From: Azolla caroliniana
Lineage: Eukaryota > Plantae > Polypodiophyta
NCBI GenBank assembly: GCA_043228905.1
Contig: JBHGNT010000534.1
Span: forward strand, 1-21,266
Length of the DNA: 21,266 bases
Direction: 5' to 3'
In this document: positions 9,945 to 21,266 of the stretch, one piece after another
Layout of the letters: each line of letters starts with the position of its first letter
How positions within the stretch are numbered: the first letter of the stretch is position 1
Notes under the pieces: generated by a model
The model's database searches: none
What the model was told of the DNA's origin: nothing
What the model saw: the letters and a program-made list of their open reading frames with translations, nothing else
Program-made: the position numbers and the translations under genes

Positions 9945-10515
9945 GGTCGAAGGAAAAGAAAACCTCATGTGTTCGGTCAAAGAAGAGCTTGGACGATCTG
10001 AATCAAGCTCCCAAACATTAGTACAAGAAATTTGACTCATTCATGTTCGACAACGGGTATAGCAGGGCTAGCTGAAATCATTGTGTTCTTGAAGGAATCC
10101 TCTAATGTCGATATCGTCAAATTCTACCTTGTATGTAGGTGATATGTTGATTGTTGTTCAAGATACCAAGAAGATTGAGAAATTGAGAAAGAGATCTCAA
10201 CAATACTAAATTTGCTATGAATGATGTGGGACTAGCTATGCAAATCCTTAGAATGAAGATAAATCATGGACAAGGCAAACAAAAAACTTTGGTTATCGCA
10301 AGAAAAAGTTCTTGAGATATTCAACATGGTCGTGTTAAGGCAGTCAACACTCCGGTTGCAAATCACTTTAAACTTAGTTCTAAACAATGTCCTACAAATG
10401 AGAAAAGGCAAGGAGATATGAAAAAGATAATGTATGCTCTTCTATAGTTGGATGTTTTTATGTAAGTTATGGTGTGCACGAGGCTTAACATTGTTCATGC
10501 AGTTGGTGTGGTAAT
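9945..10515 (+). mobile_element. Decayed Ty1/Copia reverse transcriptase fragment
   Basis: Across frameshifts it reads GKENLMC..KKSLDDLNQAPKH*YKKFDSFM (cf. LKKSLYGLKQAPRQWYKKFDSFM), HCVFLK, LYVGDMLIV (cf. LYVDDMLI), FAMNDVG.AMQILRMKI, AVNTPVANHFKLSSKQCP and MVCTRLNIVHAVGVV. Confidence 0.88.
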
Positions 10516-13497
10516 TTGTAACAGAAAATGGGATGTGATGACTTGCAATGATTGAAGCCACGTGCATGGTTGTCGTGATAACAATTTGATATTGCACATC
10601 ATCTCCACCAATGTGAAATACGTGGAATGGGACTAACTTTAGTCTTCTTCATTGAGCGATTATGTTTATATTATTTGTGATTTTATTAGACAGTGGCATG
10701 TTGCAACTTCTTGGCTTTGCCGTTAGTGTTTCTTGGTTAAGCTGGTGTTGCTCAATTGAGGTACATTCCTAAAGCCGATTCAGGTTAAGTAGACTCAAGT
10801 TGAGTCACCTACTTCACAATGTGATAGAAAAACGTACCATGGAAAAACTTCAATATCATGCATGTTATACACTTCATGGTATTTTTTCCCCCAAAATAGA
10901 ATATACTCCATTAGTTAAAATATACACAAACTCGATCCCTTTCCCGGGTAGGTTGTGCCAAGACTATCCTATCCTACATAAGAGATCTCGCTTATTTATC
11001 TTACACTTCCACATATGTCTCTAGCCATTCTTTCATACGCATCACCTACATTCACTATCCCATCATTGTTTGTGAACGTGCTAAAAGGAAAACCCCAAGG
11101 TACCTAAAAGTGATTGACCATTTGTACATGTTTAACCTTGACACTAAACAAAATAGGATTATGATTCAATACTTACGACTTGTTCCACTTTGCATACATT
11201 CACATGTAGATAGATAATTAAACTTTTTGTAAAGTAGCAATTATAACAATATTATGAATCTAGTTCATTTATAGACTTAATCATTCTTCAATGTTGTCAA
11301 TGTAAGTTGTAATATAAATTATAATAGATATTTTCACAAACAAGGTTGACCTTTGTGATGTTATACATGCCAATAGATTATGGTGATTCCTAAGTAATAT
11401 GGGATAATATCGACAAAAAGAGAATATGATTCCAGTGTTTGAGTTGATATGGCATAATTTCCTATGATTATTATTTTCTTTGCAATTTGCAATTCAAAAC
11501 ATGTTAAGATGGTGCATATTGTATTCAGAACTAGAACATAAAATTATAACCTAAATCATCTTTTCATGATTTCTTTATAAAAGAAAAATATTGTTCTCCT
11601 CAACTATTGTAAAATACAAACGCCAGAGACTTCAACAATGTTGATCTTAATGTCGCTTGTACACTTTCTTTGAACTATATTAAATTCAAGTTTTGAACGA
11701 CTCGTGGCCTTAACCCTTATTCATAGTTTAAGACCACTCATTCAAGCTGATGATGAGGATTCCATTACAATGTCGGCTTTAGTTGAAATCGTCATGTAAT
11801 GCTCATTAATCAACCAGTGATTATCCAAAGGTTTGTATATTTAATCATAAGCAGTAAATAATGAGGTACAACTCACATCTCCTTTCTCCGGTCATTATAA
11901 CATGGTAATGATTATATGTATGGCATATGAATGGTTGGTCACCTTTGAATGTCCTTTATTATGTCGCCAAAAGATGTTTTCTTTCACGATTTCGTAGTCT
12001 TATGAGATTTTGACATCCTCTCAAATATCAAATTAATAAACTTGGGAAAATGTGTAACAATGATAGTTTCAATGAATGGGTTTAGCAGTGCCATTACATA
12101 GAAACATAATATAATTTGAGATGTGTCGGGGATTATGTCAATGTCTTTTACATCTAAGGTCTCAAAACGATCGAATAAGGATTAATCGATTTCGACCATT
12201 GCTTTTTCCTTACCCGCATGTTGAATAGCACCATCTTGTGAGAAGTATCCTTTTATATTTCTTGGAAAGATAACATTAAAGTGTTATATTTGTGCCAATA
12301 TGTCAATTTTAGATGAGCTATCACTTAAGTGCACTCATAACATGACATTTTGAACCATAGTGACCTATGTATAAGTGCACTAAGGCGAATTTCAAAGGCT
12401 ATCAAGAATGTTGGGGGCATCTAACCATAGCATGTTGTTATTTAAACCTTTGAGAATGATAGAGGCTAAACCAAGGATTGAGTTTGAGATTGGATTGATA
12501 TGACGGTTTTAAAAATGTGCTATTGTGACGAATGTAAGTGCCAAAGAAGATACTAAATGCTAATGAACAAAGTGTTGCATCTATAATTTGCAAATATAAT
12601 GGAAAACAAACATTGCCATTACAATTGTATGTTTCACCAACACCATATGGTGTATTTAAGTATCCTTTATAATGTCCAATGATAATGTTGGGCTAAGTTC
12701 TAAATCAAAAGTTTAAAATGATGATGTTGTGGGTTGAAACCTATTAGTCCAATATTTATTTGAATATATTTCACATGTTTGCATGTGCCCTTAGAATATG
12801 AAAATGATGATAGCCTTGTATTACTCTCCTTTGGTACAACATAGAATTGCATGTTCTCTTGATGTTTGTATGTGTTTGCAACCTCTTCCGCATGTCTTTA
12901 ACATGTGTTTGTGTGGCAAGGGTGCATGCCACCATAATATGAACTTACAATTGGGAAAAATCCATGGTAATTTCATTCTTTCAATCCAAGTATGTTGACA
13001 CATCAATGTATATGATGTCTTGTATCTCCTAAAGATGCTTCCACCAAAAACTTAGACACAAACATTTTGGACAAATTCCCTTGTGCTAGTTTGATTTATG
13101 GTTCCCTAGTCTTGAGCTTTTGTACAACTTAGCTAGGTGGGGACGGAGGCCAAGGGATGTCAACCTACAATTTCCATCACAAACCTAGCTAAATGTGACA
13201 AGAACTGAAAATTTTCCTTGCATTGAAAAAATGGGTTATTTAATTTATATAATTTACCACACATCATGACGTTTGTTGTCCCCTAAGCATGCCAAGTTAA
13301 GGATGTCATGAGAGCCTTTTCTCAAGCTAGATGTATAGTGTCTCACTTGATAAGATTTCTTAGTGTTAAAGCCACAAGTGGGAAAGAGTTTAAATGTATA
13401 ATATTGAGGGTGAGAGAGTGGACAGGGTCTAAAGGTAAACATAAACAAATGATGTGTATGAAAAGTGAGGGGAGGTGGAAGGAGGATTGATGCTAAT

Positions 13498-13547
13498 CCA
13501 CGTGGATGGCTAAGACATGAAAGACACTTTGATGGTTAGGTATAAAT
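13498..13547 (+). promoter_or_regulatory. Putative AAP core promoter: palindromic G-box CCACGTGG (13498-13505) and TATA box TATAAAT (13541-13547)
   Basis: Both motifs are seen directly. The TATA box lies ~140 bp upstream of the ATG and is followed by a GA-rich leader. Confidence 0.6.
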
Positions 13548-13583
13548 ACAAACCAACACCAACAAAGCAATGAAAACCCAACA

Positions 13584-13585
<2 letters not shown>

Positions 13586-13617
<32 letters not shown>
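13586..13617 (+). repeat. (AG)16 microsatellite in the AAP 5' leader
   Basis: Perfect dinucleotide run between the TATA box and the ATG. Confidence 0.95.
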
Positions 13618-13620
<3 letters not shown>

Positions 13621-13678
13621 GGGTGTGTATTCTAAGTGTAAGTTAATTAGTGGTAGAAGTTGTTGCAAGGAGAACTTT

Positions 13679-16600
13679 ATGGAAGTAAATATGGAAAGTG
13701 GAATGTTAAAGGAGAATTATATCAATGTGAAAAACGTCCCGCCAACTATAGCATGGGGAGAAGCATTGGATGAGGACGGGCGACCAAAGAGGAAGGGGGG
13801 GTTTTGGGAAGCCACCGCCCACATTGTAACGGCAGTAATAGGGTCAGGTGTGCTTTCATTGGCATGGAGCATGGCGAAGTTAGGGTGGGTCATTGGCCCC
13901 TTTGCACTCCTCGTGTTTGCCCTCATCACCTTCTACACATCCCTTCTATTGGCGGATTGTTATCGTTGCGGAACCAATCGGAACTACACTTACATGGATG
14001 CCGTTCGCGCTTATTTGGGTGGGTAACTTTACCACGTCCCTTCTATGATTCACTTACACACACATACAAATCCACACATTACAATATTAGCTTTTCTAAA
14101 TTCCCTAGCACAAGTCTTTATATCATCTACAATGCTCATAATGTGTTAATGAACCTAAACTTACTAGTGATATTCATTGCTAGAGGGGTAAAGGTAGCCA
14201 TGTTTACATCATGTGAAGTCAACATTTGACAAGAAGCCCATTTTGTGCTCCTAGAGAAGAGAAACGTTGTTCCTGAAAAACATCTCCCTAGAAAGAGAGG
14301 TTAGGTCAAATGGCCTTTTAGTTCACACAAAGTGCACAGTAGGGGATATCAACCTATGACAAAAAGGTGCAATAGCAATATACATATCAATATGTCATCT
14401 TTGACCTCATCTAATTATTGATACCTTTAGCCTACCTAGATATAGTGTCTATGTGTTTGATGCATATGTGTGTGCCACCCTTCTCATGCATAGTTTATAA
14501 ACACAATGCAATTGACAATGGACATATAGAAGCTCCAAATGTCATATTTCCCTTGGAATAACCTTAGTTTGAGGCATATTTTTAGACAAATACATTAATC
14601 AAAATCTAAAAAAATTATAATACAAGAATAATATGATCATTTTCATATAAGCTTATAAATCTCTAGATAACAAACAAACTCATATAAATACATAAAAACA
14701 AGTAAACTAACAAATTGATCCCCCATCTAATTATAAATGTGATAGGAGAATACTAGTGATTAAGTGACAAACGCTTTCAATACATCAATATAGTTGAATT
14801 TGTCCTTATTTTCTAAGTTTTGGTGAACGAGAGGAAATTTGTGCCTGAGATGAGTGAAATTTGTTTTTGCTGCAAAACTCGACTCCATCTTTCCTCACAA
14901 ATAACTAACCATGCATATTGTCATAGTATTAAGAAGCAAACAATAATATCATAGGTGTAGAAAATTATGTGTAGTTGCATGCTCCCCAACACACGGTCAC
15001 ACATAAATGTGTATATACCATATGAAGTGCGTAGAGATATCTTACAAATTGTCTTCATTTACACAGGAAGGACACAAACTAATTTATGTGCCATTGTACA
15101 ATACACAAACTTTGCCGGAGTTGCAATTGGCTACACAATCACGGCCTCCATTAGCATGGTGTAAGTGTTATATTCATCAACCTTCCAATAGGACATGACA
15201 AAATGATTCATTCTCATATGAGTTATTTTTCTTTCTTAAAGTGCAATTGTAAGGTCAAATTGCTTCCATAAACAAGGCCATGATGCACCATGTGATACTT
15301 CGACAAATCCTTATATGCTTTTCTTTGGTGGAGTACAAGTTTTTCTCTCCCAAATCCCAACATTTAGCAAGTTATGGTGGCTCTCCATAGTTGCAGCAGT
15401 TATGTCGTTTGCTTACTCTTCAATTGGAGTTGGATTGGGAATAGGGAACCTCGTCATTTCAAGTAAATTTCAATATCTTCATCTTTAGAAAAACCTACAA
15501 ACATTTTAGTCATGACAAACAAAGGAATGTTTCATTCACAGATAAGGACCACTTTCATGGTACTCTTGGTGGGATGGTTTATGATAGTGATGGTTTTCAA
15601 ATGCATGATGTATGGCTTGTCTTCCAAGCCCTTGGAAACATCGCATTTGCTTACTCATATTCCATGATCCTTATTGAAATCCAGGTATCCTATTTATTCT
15701 AGTGGAAAAAAATTTACTTTAATTTTTTATAATGTTTTCCCACTACCAATTGTTATCATATGGTAGCCTTGTCTTTTATATGAAATATTGATAATTTTGA
15801 ATACTAATGTTATGTGCACAACTAGCATTACGATTATGACATGTTTTAAAGAACTAACTACATTTTCTAGGATACCCTCAAATCAAATCCTTCAGAAAGT
15901 GACACCATGAAGAAGGCGAACTTTGTTGGGGTGTCAACAACAACTCTATTCTATGTACTTTGTGGATGCATTGGTTATGCTGTGTTTGGGGAAAGCGCAC
16001 CAGGAAACCTTCTTACAGGATTTGGATTCTATGAACCCTATTGGCTTTTGGACATAGCAAATGCATGTGTTGTTATTCACCTTCTAGGAGCATTCCAGGT
16101 TCAATGCTTTATTCTTTTAAACTTCGTCACACTTTTATGTTGTTTACCCCCAATATTGTCTTTCAAAGTTATATGTTTTATGATTGTTTTAATGCTAATG
16201 ACATTTTCATGTTTTTTACATCCTCTATACTAGTTTTAACCTAGCGAGAAAACCTCTCTAATCCCCTTGAGAGTTTCTTTATTTTTCCAACACCACCCAT
16301 GTTTTCATTTTTTTCCCCAAACAACCCAAATCAAAAGCAAAAAGGACACAAGTTAATCATATATTGCATAAATACCACAATAAAGTGAAAGGAGATGAAT
16401 CTCACTACATAATTGCACAACTAGCATATAATGTTTTTCTTTCAAAGATTGACCAAGAGCATATGAGGAGACAATGAAAACTCAAGGGATTTAGAGAAAT
16501 AAGGAAAAACACATGGATATTTCAAAGTTTTCCACATTAAACAAGGAAATGTGATACTCTACCAGACTACCACTATAGATGGATTAACTAACATCTTTAA

Positions 16601-17101
16601 CCCATGCAAACCTATCTCATCTTTAAAATGCACATGCCCATTGCTTAGCTATATACTAATGTTTTATTTTATGTTTAGGTATTTTCCCAACCACTATTTG
16701 CATTTGTCGAGGATTGGGCAATGAGCGCATTCCCTAAGAGTGATTTTGTCCAAAAGAACTACATGATAAAGCTACCATTTTCCAAAACAACATTTGAGCT
16801 CAATTTGTTGAGGTTGATATGGAGAACAACATTTGTAATTTGCACCACACTTGTATCCATGCTCCTTCCATTTTTCAACGACATATTGGGGGTACTAGGA
16901 GCCTTGGCATTTTGGCCTCTCACAGTTTACTTTCCTATTGAGATGCACATTTCTCGATGCAAGATACAAAGATGGAGTCGTAAATGGTCGCTTCTACAAG
17001 GCCTTAGTCTCTTTTGCCTTTTGATATCCTTAGCATCTCTTGTTGGATCCATACAAGGTGTAATAGTGGATCTTCAAACATATAAACCCTTCACCTTGTA
17101 A
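13679..17101 (+). CDS. AAP: Amino acid permease (AAP subfamily, AAAP family), 6 exons: join(13679..14018,15067..15160,15242..15462,15542..15684,15871..16098,16679..17101), 482 aa
   Basis: Hallmark motifs are AHIVTAVIGSGVLSLAW, RNYTYMDAVRAYLG, IGYTITASISMVAI.RSNCFH, LSQIP.FSKLWWLSIVAAVMSFAYS, FQALGNIAFAYSYSMILIEIQDTLKS, APGNLLTGFGFYEPYWL, FQVFSQP and LPFFNDILGVLGALAFWPLTVYFPIEM. All introns are GT..AG with matching phases, totalling 1449 nt. Alternative in-frame ATGs are at 13691 and 13703. Confidence 0.96.
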
Positions 17102-18805
17102 AGGACCAAGTTCTCAAACAAACATGAGAATTTGATGTCATCATTGCTAGGTTATTCAGAAAACCAAAAGCAAGGAAAATGACATCCTATAATATGTATG
17201 CATCATAATGCCTACTCATCTCTAATCTCATTTCTCTTTAACCATAACATGGACTCTCTTTGATAGAACAATCTGTCCAAAAGGGAGTTCCCTATTTTGT
17301 TACATTTCCTATTATGACAACCTAGTCACCTTAATGGAAAAACCTTTTTAAGACGAGAAAATCCATCACTTACAATTTCATCCTTGTCTTTCGGCATTAG
17401 TTTAAAACTCTATTGGGTCTCCTTGTGTTTGTATCAGTGTTCCATCGAATAGTGAAGCTCAATGTGTCATGTTTGTCTATCACTAGATACGACCTCGCGA
17501 AAGCACTATCAAAATACAAAACAACTATACATTTTGTATCCATATCAAAAAATACAAATCACATCATCGACAATGAAAGTTTGTTTAAAAGGACAATTCA
17601 CAATTTGTCTAATGGAATTCAAAATCAATAACATCACCATTCAAATCATTAGGAAAAATGTGGACTCAGTACTTTAGTCTAGAGAGTGAAGTGCCAACCA
17701 ACACATTAAGCAATTTAGAAGTGCATTAGTTAGCTTTCGACCAGTGTTTGATGAGGTTTAGGGTTTATGTTTCTAAATACCCCTAGATAGGTTATAATAA
17801 AAAATATGCAAACTATCACTCGAATGAGTGAAAGAATGGGCATACCTATACAAATAGAAAAGAAAACCTTCTCCAATCTCTTTATAATGAAGTTAGTTGT
17901 GACAATTGTACTTGTAAATATATTTAGAGCCAAAGCAACATCGTCCTTGCTTTTATAGTGGCGACAAATTAAATAATTGAACCCCTTACAATGCAATGAT
18001 TATCTAAGGCGAAATCAATGAAGTCTTCCTCAAAAGTTTACATAACGAAACCAAAGAGTAAGGGAAACTCAAAACGAGCATTACCAGTTGTGAGGTTTTG
18101 ACATGCAATTTGACTCTTAAAGAGTTTTAAAGGATTTGATGAATAAACAAAGTACATGACAATGAGGTTTAAGAGAGAGAGAGAGAGAGAGAAATTGCAT
18201 ATTCCTATATCATTGTGTTAGTTGGTGTCAAGATGCAATCTTTTCCCTTTTATTTAATCTAATGGAGGATATTGTTCAAGTATAGTATAGTACCCATGAG
18301 CTATATCTCCAACTTTGATTAAGGCTTGTCTAGGCTAAATGGTTTGTGATAAAGTAGGTAAATGTGGGTATTAAATGTCATAGGTAGGTATAATTCCACG
18401 ATCAAAAGCATGTTTAGAGCTATGAAAGGCTCAATGAGATTGTAGTTGAGTCAATCCTCAATTTGATGTCACATTCCAAAATGAATTCCAATTGTTGACC
18501 TAGAGTGCTTGAGAAATGACAGGATTGAGAAACTCATATGTAGGTTTGTTTTTGGTATTCAAGTTTTCGTCAAAGCACTAATGAGGGCTGATTATGATTG
18601 AATTTGGGATACTCTTAGTTTATTCATGCAACTATGTTGTTTTAGTCAACAATTACGTTTGTTATTTCCCCATGTATTTACCTTTAGACATAATGCATCA
18701 TGTTTTACAATTTAAAATAAGTAAACATAATGTTAAGGGGAGAAGATTGTGCTCTACAAATCAAGAACATCGGTTAAGTCTTGAATAGGGGCTAGATGTT
18801 GCATG

Positions 18806-19088
18806 CATTATAAGAACTCAACTTCATTTATCTTTTCAAAAAGCATTGCTTACAAATTCATGATCAAATTTCGTCATGATCTCCTAAGGAATGCTTAGCT
18901 CAAAACAGTCCATTCACTATGAATAAACCATCAAGGTTCATATTGTTTCATAAGAAGAACTGAACCATGGTATCTATTTTCAAAAGAAATTGCTGATAAA
19001 TTCAAAGTCATATTCTCATAGGAAATGCTTAGTTCAAAACAATGCATGCTCTACAAATGCATAAACCATCAAGGATTATATTGTGTTA
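18806..19088. repeat. Old diverged tandem duplication, ~140-bp period, 2 copies
   Basis: Shared blocks ttttcaaaa..attgct..aaattca, aatgcttag(c/t)tcaaaaca and ataaaccatcaagg..atattgt recur about 125-145 bp apart. Confidence 0.7.
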
Positions 19089-19259
19089 ACATGTGATTCT
19101 CCATAGAATTATACATGTATTAATCATTTACCTATAAGATCTACGTGAAAAAAAAAAACAAATAATGTTGGTTTCCACAATTCAACTCCCTCAAAGATGA
19201 AAGCCCATTATTTCTCCTTTGAGAAGAAGACTAATACTTTGTCTCCATGATACAATGAT

Positions 19260-19528
19260 TGTTGTGTGTTACAGATGTGGATCCTCATTACATGTGGATA
19301 TGAATCAAGGAAAGGCATCTTAGACCTATGTATAGCAATTTGCTACTTTCCACCTACCTACTCAAGAATTCACCATATCTACTATTATACAATGACATCA
19401 TAAGATTTTCTAGTATAGGGGATACAATGCTATCAGAAGACTTCGATGCAAGAATAAATGATGAACAAAGAACCATGTTTGACACAAGCAAGGGCATGTA
19501 TGGAGAAGTTACGGCTGAAATTGAATAA
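19260..19528 (+). mobile_element. LINE apurinic-type endonuclease (APE) domain fragment
   Basis: It reads DPHYMWI*IK, then (frameshifted) IAICYFPP, then DIIRFSSIGDTMLSEDFDARI, matching the APE motifs 'Y.PP' and 'GDFNAR'. Confidence 0.65.
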
Positions 19529-19973
19529 GCATCTTCTGTTTGCTTTCTTGATCAAATATAATTCAGACACATTACTCCACCCAAATAGAATCCTTAATTG
19601 TTTTGGAAGATAAATTTGATTCCACAAAAAACATAGTCTCTTGTTATAAATTCTACAAGAAGATGGGGAAAGTCTCAATTGACGCTAAAGGTATTGCAAT
19701 ATTGGGACTTACCCATCACATCATTATATCCACAAGGTTATAAAAGAATTTCCTATTATATCCCAACACTCTTGCTTACAATAGAATGGTCGACCTCCTC
19801 TACAAGAATATAACTTACCAAAATTGCCAAAAATATAGTGCCATTGTTGGCTAAGCTTCTAAAATCTTTTTATTAGTGTCTAAAAATGGGTATATAGCGA
19901 AACCTGTACACTCCATTGAAAATAACCCGAGGGAAACTAATAATATAAAAATGATTAAGTGCACAAAATACTT

Positions 19974-20315
19974 TTAGCTCATGACAGTTGAGTCTACTTT
20001 TCGACGCTTTGTTTCAGTCTCTCTTCCAACATGAGGATCATGTTCAATATCAGCATTTGCTTCATTCTCAACATCACTTTCCATCATCTTCTCAGTCTCC
20101 TTTTCACAATCCATGGAAGTATTATCACCATCTACTACTTTAGGTGAGTGAGTGCCATTCAGTTTCATATCACCATGTGAAGGTGTGTGTTTGCTTGTGA
20201 TGCGTCGGCCAGCTCTTGGCTTAGGTCCCCAGCATTCTTCTGGATTGGGAAGAAATCTTGCAACACCTTTTTCCCGTGCCTTGCTTAAGGCACAATTCAC
20301 TTTCGAGAAATTTGC
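19974..20315 (-). CDS. TRM1: Last coding exon of tRNA (guanine(26)-N2)-dimethyltransferase; upstream exons lie beyond the window
   Basis: The acceptor ttttcag| precedes 20315 (phase 0). The exon reads ANFSKVNCALSKAREKGVARFLPNPEECWGPKPRAGRRITSKH, matching the eukaryotic Trm1 C-terminal motif ANF...RF.PNPE..WGP+.RA and the plant RQITSKH extension. An acidic tail with a KRRK NLS-like motif follows, then the stop at 19974. Confidence 0.88.
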   Translation of the reverse strand, partial: ANFSKVNCALSKAREKGVARFLPNPEECWGPKPRAGRRITSKHTPSHGDMKLNGTHSPKVVDGDNTSMDCEKETEKMMESDVENEANADIEHDPHVGRETETKRRKVDSTVMS

Positions 20316-21266
20316 CTGAAAATAAATCTCTCTCTCTCTCTCTCAAGAAGCTATCATGTACTGAAAACAATATTCTTATAGTCACTTTTTATCTTATTTA
20401 CTTCTTTTGCTTTTATTTAAGTAACATTTATTTTGATTTGTTCTCAAAGAGAACAATACTTGAAATGCAATATCTCACTCACTTCTCTCTCAATTATCTT
20501 TCCCCAGTGGGCCCTTGTCAAACTACTAGCACTATGTCTTGGGTTCGAAACCCCACTATCTCATCTCTCTACTACATACATATTCTCTTAATTTACTAGA
20601 TGCCACTGTGGAATGTACAGCTTGAACCCATGGCATCATCTCTCTCTCTCTCCCTCCCTCACCCAGTATGACTTGTCAGACAGGCATGATAATGTCCACC
20701 AAGAAAGGTGAGCACATGTGTCATGCATTATTTTCACATCAAAAGTCTTTACTAGAGTATAAGCCCCCTTTTTAGCAAGGAGCACATGAACGACAATATG
20801 TTGATTTGGTTCCATAGGTCAAATTTGGCCTCACCATGGAAGTTAAAACATCTATTCTCTCTTTCTAAAGTAGTAGTAAGCCAGGTTTTTAATAACCCAT
20901 ACACCCAGGGAAAAATCTCACAATATATGCGCTACTTTCTGCAATGCCACCACAAAATGTAGAGCTTGAATGCATGACCTTCTAGTCTCCAGTGTAGAAC
21001 CATAATGAATGAGTGAGAACCATCTAAGGCTCCTTCATGCTGTCCATTTTAACACAAAAGAAAGCATAACATAGATGGGGAGAATCTCTGAGATGTGGAT
21101 TATGTTACATAATAATGCATGCAAACATTTCAACCACCCCATAGATTGAAATGGAAAGAAAAGAAGAAAAAAGGAAAAATGAATTCACCAATTCAATATG
21201 AAAGCAAAAACAATTTTCTTATATTGTTTTTTCTTAAGGGTGGCCGATCATATTTTGCACCCAGTT

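Noticed and set aside
11560-12330. Coding-like composition on the minus strand
   Set aside because: Frequent stops in the frames I read and no motif I can identify; possibly old TE sequence but unsupported.
13619-13678. N-terminal extension of the AAP ORF from a GTG start
   Set aside because: The ORF track uses alternative starts. The first ATG is at 13679 and fits normal AAP length.
20540-20555. tRNA T-arm/B-box-like GGGTTCGAAACCC
   Set aside because: No A-box at a suitable distance, no cloverleaf, tail or TSD; insufficient for a tRNA or SINE call.
20860-21060. Possible penultimate TRM1 exon (a KEP codon run on minus)
   Set aside because: KEP is followed immediately by a stop, and the expected upstream Trm1 residues are absent; treated as intron.

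Overview
AT-rich eukaryotic (land plant) nuclear DNA, not prokaryotic. It holds three spliced genes. (1) A complete 4-exon CRR3-like chloroplast NDH factor on the minus strand (1684-3119, 156 aa), which the ORF track shows only in fragments. (2) A complete 6-exon amino acid permease (AAP family) on the plus strand (13679-17101, 482 aa). (3) The last coding exon of a TRM1 tRNA G26 dimethyltransferase on the minus strand (19974-20315). The ~10.5 kb between the divergent CRR3 and AAP genes is largely nested transposon debris. It contains a young 313-bp Mutator-type MITE with 112-bp TIRs and a 9-bp TSD inside the microsatellite tail of a 5'-truncated LINE, a decayed duplicated WRKY-like motif, and a decayed Ty1/Copia element. 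The Copia element is split by an oppositely oriented LTR carrying a ~107-bp tandem array, and its integrase is missing. A LINE endonuclease fragment lies between AAP and TRM1. Family assignments come from remembered motifs, not database searches. I see no firm evidence of a wholly new biological system; the best leads are the divergent CRR3, the atypical LINE clade, the LTR-borne satellite and the WRKY-like relic.
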